A stretch of 64,000 bases of DNA from Octopus vulgaris. Taxonomy: Eukaryota. The stretch is from assembly GCA_951406725.2 (NCBI GenBank), contig OX597817.1, positions 126,666,001-126,730,000 of the forward strand. Reading direction: 5' to 3'. Positions within the stretch are counted from its first letter, which is position 1. Every line of letters starts with the position of its first letter. Below the pieces are notes generated by a model. The model was not told the origin of the DNA and did no database searches. It worked only from the letters and a program-made list of their open reading frames with translations. Shown here piece after piece: positions 14,438 through 26,004 of the stretch. The translations under genes and the position numbers were made by a program.

Positions 14438-14944
14438 TGTAAACATGAATTTTTAGACAATGTATCTCATTTTCTTTTAAATAGTAGAGATTGAAACACT
14501 GACTGGATGACAATGATCAAGATTTGGGGCTTATGGGAGTAGTTCAATAAAATCAAATGGTAGTATTTAGCTATGTTATAGAATAATATATTTATTTATA
14601 ATTCACCTCCTGAGAAACGAATGCGAGAAATAGCCAAGAAAATAAACATAATATATCTAAGAAGTACACGTAAATCACTTGAAAATCATGTAAAATATTT
14701 GGTTTATGTTACTGACATAATTAGAAGGATTGAAACACCTCAACGTCGTAAGCGAGCTGCTGTATTTTCTTTAGTTTATATTTTACGATTTATACAACTG
14801 CTTTTTCAGAATAATAGCAAGCAACAGTTTGACGGAATATTAAATATATAGTCAAAACATAAGACAAGAACAACAACAGCAGTCATAATAGTAGTAGTTA
14901 TAATAGGGGTGATCGCGATGGTGATGAAGTGATGATAAAAATGA

Positions 14945-14948
14945 TGAG

Positions 14949-14999
<51 letters not shown>

Positions 15000-15021
15000 T
15001 TTATTTTTATTATTATTATTA

Positions 15022-15059
<38 letters not shown>

Positions 15060-15098
15060 GCTATTATTATTATTATTATTTTATTATCATCATCATCA

Positions 15099-15133
<35 letters not shown>

Positions 15134-15185
15134 ATCATTATCAGTATTATTATTATTATTATTATCATTGTTATTATTATTATTA
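14945..15185. repeat. (TTA)n microsatellite
   Basis: Direct inspection. Confidence 0.98.
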
Positions 15186-16111
15186 TAACACCAGCAACAA
15201 TAATAATGGTAACAGATTAATATTAAATTTGCTTGTTCTTGCTTTAACTAGCATATATACGTGTGCATATGTAAACATACGCAAACACTTGCATAGTGTA
15301 TATAGAAAGAGAGAGAGAGAGAGAGACAACGTGTGTGTGTGATCATGTGCGCATCTGCTTGTACACATAGGCATGATTATTATGTGTAAGATATAGTATG
15401 CTTGTGTGCGTACATATTTGTAAAATTGATCATGTATATACGAAGTTCTTATGACATATGACCGGAAGACAAATCAATAATAGTTTTCATTTTATCTAAT
15501 ATTTATATTTAGGCATTGGAAGAATTGAAATTAAATGAATAAATATATTGAAAAGAGCTAAGAAGATATTGAATGGAACAGAATCAGTGAAAGCACTGTT
15601 TTGTAATAATAATAGCATTTTCTAATGTTTTCTTTTGATTCTCAAGTGTGAAAATATAAAACCAAATGTTATCTGCGAGCAAACACTGTGCTCTCATTTA
15701 GTATTTAGTAGAATAATAACAATTAATATAATTTGGAGGATTTAAAGTTAATAACTGCAATAACCAGTTCCCATTTATAGATTGAAGGTATTTAATTAAT
15801 TTTACGAAAATTTAAAATGCAAAGAATACAAATTAACAAATAATTCTCTATGTTGGATTATAGAATTGAAAATGTGGTATTCAGAGAAATTGCAAATTGG
15901 AGATACTGTACCGAATGATTAGAAAAATAATACTTGTGTAATAAATAAAGCGATCTCGGCTTTTAGCTGACGTTGAATGATATGCTGATTTATGAAATTC
16001 ACAAAGGGAATGAAACTAGATGCAATCTATTAAATTATTTCCTCTTGGGATGATACTTAAAGCAAATGGTTAAGTAGTGCTCAACTACGATTTATCTAAC
16101 AGCAGTACGGT

Positions 16112-16220
<109 letters not shown>

Positions 16221-16227
16221 ATGTATG

Positions 16228-17090
16228 TACACGAGATAGTATCAAACGATTCCCAGTCTAGTTATATTTAATTAAATAGAACTTACCTAAGTTTTAACAC
16301 CATCTCCTTCGTAACAGTAACCTTGTGGCCGTAATACACCGCTCTCAGCTTTTTTTGCCAGATTTGAAATTCAGCCTGGAATATTTTTTTTTTAGGCGAG
16401 TCGAGGACCTTCTGCGTTTCACTCTGGATTTCAACAACGGCGTTAAAAAGGCGGCCTTTCAAGTGCAGTCTCATTGTGGAGAAGTGATGAAATCCGCAGG
16501 TGCTAAATATGGCGAATAGGCGGGCGCGAAAGCGATAACATACTGTTTTAGGCGAGAAATTCGAGTGAGGCGAGATCGGTGAAAGGATGCATTGCCGGCA
16601 ATACTTGGTGTTCCATATATCCGGTCGCTTTCGTCGAATGTTCTCTCTCACATGCTTTGAAGCGTCCCTGACGCACGAATTCTTGATGCACAAAACTGCA
16701 GATTTTGGAAAGAGAAAACGATGAGCATGCTCTTGATACAGCTGTATCATTTGAAGCAGCTGTGCCACTAAAAACATTGCGTCCGACTTATTGCCTCAGT
16801 ACTGTAAGTTTCTCAAAGCATGCTGAATGAATCTTTTACAGACTTCCTGAATTTCATGCAAACTTTTACGTAGGCACTTTGTTCCATCTCCTCCTTGACA
16901 AAAATCGTGGATTTCAACATACGCGTAATCACAAAAATACATTTCATAACTTGCGAAGTAAATACAACAGTCTTGCTGGGCACACTGTTTCATGAACCTC
17001 AGTGTTAGCTCTCACTTCGCACGAATCCGTGTGCTGCCATCTGTTGGCACGCAACAGAGCTAGTCCGCGAAATATTTGTTACCACCTCGT
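16228..17090 (-). mobile_element. Mariner-like element, decayed and internally deleted
   Basis: Degenerate TIRs (cacgagatagtatcaaac..ctag / tacgaggtggtaacaaat..ctag) in TA tracts; C-terminal transposase LKGRLFNAVVEIQSETQKVLDS..FQAEFQIW. Confidence 0.8.
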
Positions 17091-17105
17091 AGATATATAT
17101 GCACG

Positions 17106-17196
<91 letters not shown>

Positions 17197-17197
17197 C

Positions 17198-17231
<34 letters not shown>

Positions 17232-17235
<4 letters not shown>

Positions 17236-18380
17236 GACTTCCTGAAAGATAGGAGTCAGGCAGTAGTGGTTAATGGAGCCACCTCTATGAACACACAAAT
17301 AGTGACCGGTGTTCCACAGGGCACTGTCTTGGGACCACTGCTTTTTATAGTGGCCCTCTCAGATATGCCCTCAAATGCCCGGATAGCCACTCTGGCCAGC
17401 TATGCAGACGATACGAAAGTCTCGCAGAAAATACAGAACCCCAGCGATGTTGCACACCTGCAGCAGGAGTTGGACTCAATCTACAGATGGGCTGAGGATA
17501 ATAATATGCAGTTTAATGCTGAAAAATTCCAAGCCCTGCGCTACCAGCATCCAAAACTGAATATTAAACTTACAGGATACACCGGTCCACAGGGAATTTA
17601 AATCCCAGAGCCTAAGTCTGTGAGGGACCTGAGTATCGACATGAGTGATGATACCTCTTTCCTAGTGCACATTACCAGGATGGCGACAAATTGCAGACGA
17701 CTGGCTGGGTGGATACTAAGAACATTCAGAACCAGAGATAAGGAAACCATGATGGTCCTCTGGCGGACATTCGTCCTCAGTCGCCTGGATTACTACTCAC
17801 AGCTATGGTCACCCACCAGTGTAAAATTAACAGCGGACCTTGAAGCAATCCAGAGAAGATTCACAAAGAAGATCGTCTCTTTGCAACAGCTCAGCTACTG
17901 GGAAAGGTTGAAACAGCTAAGACTCTACTCCCTGGAGAGAAGACAGGAGAGGTATGCAGTAATATATGTCTGGAAGATCCTGGAAGGAACTGTGCCAAAT
18001 TTTGGCATTGTAAGCTACACCAATGCTAGAACGGGACGACACTGCATAGTGCCAAAGATCCCAGCAATGCCATCACGCTTCAGGACCAGCTTCTGCAACA
18101 GCCTGGGTTTCAAGGGCCCACAGCTTTTTAATATTCTCTGAAAGAGTCTGAGGAAGTTGCACAAAGTAGATGAAGAGGTTTTTAAATCAAAGCTGGACAT
18201 CTTCCTGTCAAGAGTCCCAGATGAAACTACCTCACGGCAAGAGGTGCAAATGAGAGTAGCTGTATCAAACACCATTCTTCACCAAGTGCCACATATTAGA
18301 CGAGGTTCGTCGTAATAACAATGTAGCACAAAACGGCGGTGCATCAGCATGGCCGCAGCTCTGAGGTGAAATTAGAAAAA
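17232..18380 (+). mobile_element. 5'-truncated CR1/L2-like LINE (RT C-terminus and 3' tail)
   Basis: GVPQGTVLGPLLF, YADD, QFNAEKFQ, LEAIQRRFTK, SYWERLKQLRLYSLERR; broken near 17600; flanked by (TA)n. Confidence 0.92.
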
Positions 18381-18451
18381 CATATATATATATATATTTA
18401 TATTTATATTTATATATATATATCAGTAATAAAGATGTAAAGGTACCAATA

Positions 18452-18534
18452 CATTACTGCCGTTTGAAGCGGTTCCATTTAATTAATTAATGAGAACATA
18501 ATATGAATTTGAAAGAAACCGCTCTCTTCAGATG
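18452..18534 (-). ncRNA. Degenerate type I hammerhead (Penelope-type)
   Basis: cat-CTGAAGA-gagcggtt...aaccgctt-cAAA-c ggca g-TA-atg; G12 position mutated; long stem II loop. Confidence 0.5.
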
Positions 18535-19424
18535 ACTGCATAAGTATCAAACATAAATCATAAACCATTTTTATAAACAAATTTACATCAATAATGGAAA
18601 TGAAAATATTTACATTGTTTCCCATTGTTATACCTGTGGCAGAATGAGTTTAGAAAATAATGCATACCTTGTTAAGTTTGCTATAATTTAAAGAGTAGTA
18701 GAGGAAATAGTGAGGGTCAAGATATAAGAAGTAGTGACGTAAATACTTATATTTAGAAGACATATTGTACATGTAGTCTTCAACGATTTACAATTAAATC
18801 TCTTGGGAGTTGATGGTGATAAATCAATTAATGTCAGATAATCTACTAGGCTCTCAATGCACCGGAACCGTATATCTAACTTTATCTACATAGAAGGGTG
18901 TGTTGTAAAGTTGCTGGTAAGAGAATGACTGATGGGGAAGTGGTGGTCACAGGAAGAAAGAAGGATAAGGGTGGCCAATACTTATTTGGATTGTCAAATC
19001 GAGGAGAGTATAATGAAAAATCAAAATAGATAAGTAACATAACTTTTAGGGTTCGAAATTAGAATTGAAAGGATTCAAGAAATAGTAATTTATAACTTAA
19101 CAAATTTATTATATTAATTGAGAAAATATATATCACTATACAGAATTAGGATAGAAAGTAAAGTTGAAACCTAAAAATGGGATACTCTGTATAAAGAGAA
19201 CTAATGAGACTTTTCTTAAGCAAGTTGTTAAAAAGATCATGAAAAACATTCTATAACTGAATTAAATTATTATATGAGTAAGATAACGTAGTAGATATTA
19301 AAGCAATAACAAGAACTATTTACTTCATTACAGGAGGATAAGTATAAAGTGTCATAAAATATAGTATAGAATATAAGGGGTAATTGAATTACAGCTATAC
19401 TCTAAATGGATTTCGTTGATAGAA

Positions 19425-19590
19425 ATATGTGTGTGTCGTAACATAGCGGTTCGGCAAAAGAGACCGATAGAATAAGTATTAGGCTTACAAAGAATAAGTC
19501 ATGGGGTCGATTTCTTCGACTAAATCCCTTTAAGGTAGTGCTCCAGCTTGGTCATAGTCAATTGCCTGAAATATGTAAAAGAATAAAATA
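19425..19590 (+). mobile_element. SINE family A 3' fragment
   Basis: agcggttcggcaaaagagaccgatagaataagta...gtgctccagc. Confidence 0.85.
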
Positions 19591-19643
19591 ATGTAATTAC
19601 AGAATGTTGTTGTAATTGAGCTTTCAAAGTAAGAGCAATTCAC

Positions 19644-19804
19644 TCCTGTTGTTTACAATTTGGGATATACAGTTTGAGCTTCATAGAAAATGTTTTCTTC
19701 TACTCCGTACCGTTTTTTATCATAATTAAAACTACCGTTCTTCACGTACCGGCAATATTTGGCGGATGGTCAAAGTATCAGTATGTCCATTTTTTATGAA
19801 CACT
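19644..19804 (-). pseudogene. Beta/gamma-crystallin-like exon
   Basis: Acceptor tattcag; VFIKNG / *YFDHPPNIAG (cf. V..G.W..FEHPNF.G), frameshifted. Confidence 0.45.
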
Positions 19805-20274
19805 CTGAATATCGTTCATTAATTAATAATCTATACATAAAATTCATACGTTTATATGCAAATATAAACACACGGGATCTTACACGCATATGCATAGAAG
19901 GAGAGAGAGAGAGAGAGTGAGGTATATAGGTACGTAGATAGATAGATGTTTAAACATCTATTTATATGTATATGTATACATGTATACGCGCGCACGTTGT
20001 GTGTCTATTGTGCAAGTGTGTGTTGCGCGTATCTATCTAGACACGCGATGTGTCTATTGTACGACTGTATGTTGTGTCTATCTATGTATGAATTTAGATA
20101 TATTTATCTTACTGTCTAGTTATGTATGTGCAAATAGGTGTATAAGTATTCCAGAATTGAGAGTGAAATGGCCTATTGATGTGTTTTTCACACTTCTCTG
20201 TCTAAGTTGTTTTCTTATATTTACAAATTCTGCCTATCTTGAGCTTACTCAATGGGTAGAGCAATGATTCATAC

Positions 20275-20388
20275 CATTTTACTGATGAACTTAATTATCA
20301 TCAGACTTGTCCAGATTACTGAACAATATAAAGGAATGGATAGGATAAGAAAATACCATAATTAGAATAAAGAGTAATATTGTAAATG
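20275..20388 (-). pseudogene. Beta/gamma-crystallin-like exon
   Basis: TILLF-SNYG-SY...FSNLDKSDD-SSSVK across frameshifts; acceptor ggtacag, donor atg|gtatga. Confidence 0.45.
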
Positions 20389-21699
20389 CTGTACCAAAAA
20401 ATAATTTATTTGAGGGCATAACATTAGAAACTGGACAAAGTAATCAATATTTTACTGGAAAAGTGTATGGCATAACGAACTTAGAACAGAATATCAATGA
20501 TATTAGAATGCATTTGAAAGTTAATTTCTTAGTCTGGAAAAGAAATGTATGTATTATGATTAAAGTCAAGGCAAAATCTCTGCACACATGCGTCATTCAA
20601 CACGACGCCTTCAGTATACAGCTCACTCTCTCTGATCCTGCATAGGGCATATACTTGTACCGGGGAAAACGGTCACGCATGAGTTTCATAGGATCGTCTG
20701 CATAAATATCAATTTTAGACTGAAATTGTTCCTAATATATTTATTTCCACAAATGTAATGGATATAGATAAATAGAGCTATAGGTAGGACGAGTGATACA
20801 TAGATATTTACGAAAATGTAATGTACGGGAAAGAAAGGAAAGTACTCAGAACGAGGTTTGCAACCAAGTTTGCAGCACTTTTCAAACATTAATCATATCA
20901 CCATAAACACGAATGTTACGTGCATGTAAGGATTCAGTCAATAAATACATCAAACAATATCTACGCAGTTGTAACTTACATTAACAGCTTGCTGAACTGA
21001 CTATAGAGCATTTGGGGGAGACTTTTTGACGGTGGATTATTCATTTTGTTTCCTTTTGTCGATTTTTCAGAGAGTGGAATATACTGTTCGAAAGTATCAC
21101 ATTCATAGAAATTACTGAAAATTCCATTACCTTTTTTTTATATAATATTGCTTCCTGTAAATTATCGTCTTCATTTGTAAGGGTACCACAAGTTCCACCC
21201 CCACGCGCACACACACGACGACGACGACCACCACGAATATTTCTCCAGATCACAGAAGGATAATTATCATTAGATTGTATTCAAAATATAACAGTATATG
21301 AGTGAGTTGCGTATATTTTCTCTTAATACACTCTAAAAACAGAACATAGTAAATTAGCATTAAAATGAATTTGATATAAATCGATTTGATCTTTAAACTT
21401 ATGTGTTAACATTAACAAGAAAGCCTTGGAAGAAATCATTACAAGAAAGAAAGTATACAGTGAAACTGATGGGAATACCTTTAAGCAGCATATGGAATTT
21501 GTAAAGAAAAAATAGCGTACTGTTTCTACTATCTTTAATGAATCAGATGCTTTATATTGGAAACGCATTCTAAGCAGCAGGAAAAATACACTACGCATGC
21601 AACACATGTTTTCTTCAATTACAACTAAAGTCACGAATAAACCTTTGTCCTTTACGATGACTGTACAGTTTTTCCAACCGCACAATCTCTACCGTATTG

Positions 21700-21707
21700 T
21701 AATAATG

Positions 21708-21766
<59 letters not shown>

Positions 21767-21925
21767 AAGAAGAAGAAGAAGAAAGAAGAAGAAAAAAGTA
21801 ATAATAATAATAATAATAATAACAGCAACAACAACAACAACAACAATAATAATAATAATAATAATAATAAAATAATAATAATAATAATAACAATAATGAT
21901 AATAATAATAATAATAATAATAATG

Positions 21926-21971
<46 letters not shown>

Positions 21972-21994
21972 GGATAATAATAATAACAACAATG

Positions 21995-22082
<88 letters not shown>

Positions 22083-22090
22083 TAATAACA
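21700..22090. repeat. (TAA)n/(GAA)n/(CAA)n compound microsatellite
   Basis: Direct inspection. Confidence 0.98.
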
Positions 22091-22091
22091 A

Positions 22092-22571
22092 TACAAATAG
22101 CAAATATTATGCTTCCTCATCGATATTACAGCCCCGTTCAACATAAATGTATCTGTCTAGACCTACTGAAAACTGAGCATTTATAAAGATCTTAAAATTG
22201 AAATTAGCAAAATGCGGAACCTCAAGACTAAAACAAAACCTCTGGTCCTAACGGTCCTAAGAATGATAGCTAAAGAGCGGATTGCTACCTAGTTCAATTA
22301 CCAGGAAATTCAAAAGTGGAAGAAATTTAAAAAATGGTGCTCATAGGATCTACCAATATCCTATGAAAATTACTGTCTATGTAATCCTAAATTTTAATAC
22401 AAACTTATAATTTCATTACGTTTTCTTACACATTCTCCAGAACGATACTTTGTGCAAAACCAAATGTATGGCACCCTAGTCATAATACCAACTTGAAATT
22501 CTAACTCGTTTCTTGAGGTCTCTGGGCGAGACTTGGAGTTATCTTGTATAAATACCAAGCAAAATGCAAGC

Positions 22572-22573
<2 letters not shown>
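22092..22573 (+). mobile_element. 5'-truncated Dong/R4-like LINE 3' end between (TAA)n tracts
   Basis: CFLIDITAP..NVSV..KLSIYKDLKIEISKMRNLKTKT aligns with the RLE C-terminus at 29620-29897; 3' UTR then (TAA)n 22575-22648. Confidence 0.85.
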
Positions 22574-22649
<76 letters not shown>

Positions 22650-23629
22650 GAGTATTCGAAAAAGTAAGCATTCTTGTCATTGCAAAAATACTACTGTATT
22701 CTCAAACTGGACTGACAAACGAACATCTCAAGAAGACTTAAAATCTTTAATTTATTAAATTTTGCTTTAAACTTATCTTACTATTCTCCCTGACTGCCCA
22801 AATATGTAAGCATAACTTTAAAAATACACTTGAATTTAAAAATTCAAAAATTCAACGACGTGAATATCAGTATATCTATATTCAAGGCGTAGGTTAACGC
22901 TCTCAGTTGTCACTGGTAGTAGTAAACACATTTTACCTCTGCTGACACAAAAGATGCATAGATTTTTTTGTCTTCTTTTGCTGACCGTCTGACTATCTGC
23001 TGAATCTATTTATAGACCTGTAGAATTCGATCTATTCACCAAGCTGCTACTCTACACCAACTATTTCCTTCAACAACCACATATTTATAATTATCTCAAG
23101 TACAAGACAGAAGTTGAACGTAAAGAACATTTAATAAAATCTTTTAATAATAAATGGAAATAGTAACAATGATAACGATAGTAGTGTTGGTGATGGTGAC
23201 AATGATAAAAGTAAAAATATTGATAATATGATGCATCCGCTATTACTACAACTGCAAGTATTCTGATAGCACAGGAATCTGAGGCCCAACTACCAATACT
23301 GCCTCTAACCCCACCCCGGATCTTTACCTTTTGACCGACAGATTTCAAAACTGTTTTTTGGTAATTAAACACTTTCAAACTTCGGATACTGGTAGAATGT
23401 GTCATATAAGACGTCTTTTACTCTTGGCGTTTTTGAGAAAAGCTTATATTTAGGAAGTTATTTCACGTTAAATTTGTAGTATTTCGGTAATTTGAACCAA
23501 TGAATGACGTGTATTCAGCTGAATAAAATTACTGCAGTTGTGCAAGAAATTCAAGATTCGATCATCATCATTTTTATTCTCAGTAAGAATAGGGTTTTTT
23601 TGGTTTGTCGTTATCATTTACTGAAATTA

Positions 23630-25900
23630 TAAATGATTATGATCGAATCTGGCATAAATAGATTGAAAAGAATCCCCATTGGTATCCATATACAGTTTGG
23701 GATTGATGTTCAGAAGAAATACGGGGATTTCTTGTATCTTGTTGGACATATATTAGAAAAAGACTTAACGCAAATGGAAAGACGTCCTCGAATAATGTCA
23801 CAACTTCCTATCCTTACGCACTCCGTCGTCTAGTTAATAATGACTCTATGGTTACTAAAATGGTGGATAAGGGTGGCGCTATTCTAATAATGGATGAAAG
23901 TGTGCATATTTCGGTTTGTGAAGAAACGTGAGAAAACTTCATATGAAGAATTGCCTGCCATTCCAAATTCATATTACAAAGAGGAACTTGATGAAATATT
24001 TCTAGAAATGGAGAAAAACGATTTCATTACAAAGGCAAAATCCAGGATTCCACGATCAGAAATAAAATTTGCATGTTATAGTCTCCCCAAATTACAAAAA
24101 AATGTTCGAAAGATTTTCCCCCAATGCGTGCAGTTTGCAGCGGATATGAATGTTGTACAGTCAAAACTTCGGAGTCACTGGATGTCTCTGTACTACCTGT
24201 TGTAAAAGTTCCTATTCTCGGGATATTCTTGATTTTGTGTCTAAAAACAGCAACATTTTAACGCGCTGATGTCACGTCGAAAACTTTCTTTTTTGGTAAC
24301 CATGGATGTTTCTTCCTTATATCCCAATATTGACCACGATGAATGGATAGAGTCATGCATGAATTCCTTCGAAAAATGACCAAACAAATGTATCCCATTT
24401 AATTTTCTATATAGTCGTTTAAGGTTTCTGCTACAATGTGCCCAAATGAAGTTTGGACAAACATTTTACAACTAGACGAGGGGCTGTGCCTTGTCAGTTA
24501 ATTTTGCTAATGACTTCATGACAAAATTCGAAACACAGTTACTGAATACATTCAAGTCCCTACATTGTCATTAACCAATACTATGGTTACGGTTCATTTT
24601 GAGGTCAGTTTTTTCTAGTAAGAATCACAGAATAGTTTAATTGACTTCCTGCATTTCTGTGACTGTTAAGCTAAAGCTATGTCTTTCAGTCCAACGTAAA
24701 ATTTACGTCTAGTTTTTCAAAAACTATCGTTGAATTTTTGGAGGAAGAATAGAGACGGAGTACTTTTTCTAACGCACGTCATTTCATTTATACCTCCACC
24801 ACCGCTACGATCATCCACATCATATAATTCGGTCAAATCCGAAATCACAGTTTTTGACAGATTTGTACTGATATAGGGGATTACTGGAAACATGCAAATG
24901 CTTTTGTACACCATTATGTCAAACGCGTTTATAGTGAATCACGAGTATAACAAATTGCAAATGACATAGATAAGATTAACAAGGAAAGTCAAACTGTCAA
25001 GAATAATTTTAGCAAACAAAGTACAATATGTGACAGAATTCCTTTAGTGATTAACTGGCACTGAAATTTTGCTAGCATTTCAAAAGTGTTAAATGAACGT
25101 TACCAGAAAGTTGCGGAAAAATATTCTCGTTTGAAACATATATTTCTTCATTCACCTATTGTAGCCTTTACACGGAATAAAAATATAAGGTTAATAGTTA
25201 TTAATCTTTACTTATGACTCCAAGAAAACTAACATTGGAGTTTCCACACACTGTACCTTGAAAATTAGCCGGAAGAGAGGAAAGCTCTGTTCATTGTGTT
25301 CAACAACACGAGTCAATTGAATCCATCAGGAGTCATAACAGATATGTTATGATTTACACAGAAGGTGGGATGTGTAGTGTTTCCCATATGGTGTACGCTG
25401 CAGAATGTAAAAAAAATACATAATTTGTGTTGTTTGTACAGTAGAACAATTTAAATAAAAGATTCAATGGACATAGATATGACGTCAGGAACTGTAATAG
25501 TAGTTCGACATAACTTCCTGAATATTTTACATCAAGCGCATATTGAAAGTGCATATTCTCAGAAAATATTCTGAATTTCTTACACATTTAGTCCTCAATA
25601 GGCATAAGGAACATTATGTTTGTATGTTATTAACATCATCCCCTAAATGGATGAATAAAATGATGGGAGAATTTCATCATAATTACATACAATTGTTTAA
25701 TTAAATATTCTTGTATTTTCTTTCCTGTTTTTTCTTTTAGCCAGTTGTAAACTTGAAAAAGTGAAGTCCGATGGTATTATTCCATCAATGTGGAAATGCT
25801 GGTTGCCTCATTCAAATTTTGAATTTGATGTGAATTTCTATGTGTCACTCGACAAATACAGGCTAGCTGTTGAAATATCGTTCAAAGAATAAAGCATATA
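23630..25900 (+). mobile_element. Decayed Penelope-like element (RT + GIY-YIG)
   Basis: KMVDKGGAILIMD, YSLPKL, VTMDVSSLYPNIDHD, LWLRFI, PIVAFTRNKNIR, VYAAECK, LNKRFNGHRYD; variant core cttgaaaaag near 25750. Confidence 0.88.
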
Positions 25901-25905
25901 TTGCG

Positions 25906-25907
<2 letters not shown>

Positions 25908-25984
<77 letters not shown>

Positions 25985-26002
25985 TAATAATAATAATAAT
26001 AA
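25908..26002. repeat. (TAA)n tract, 5' flank of the Dong/R4 element
   Basis: Direct inspection; matching (TAA)n at 30050-30120. Confidence 0.97.
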
Positions 26003-26004
26003 AC

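Noticed and set aside
20282-20304. CTGATGA as a hammerhead core
   Set aside because: It pairs with tcatcag as a short hairpin; no GAAA or stem III follows.
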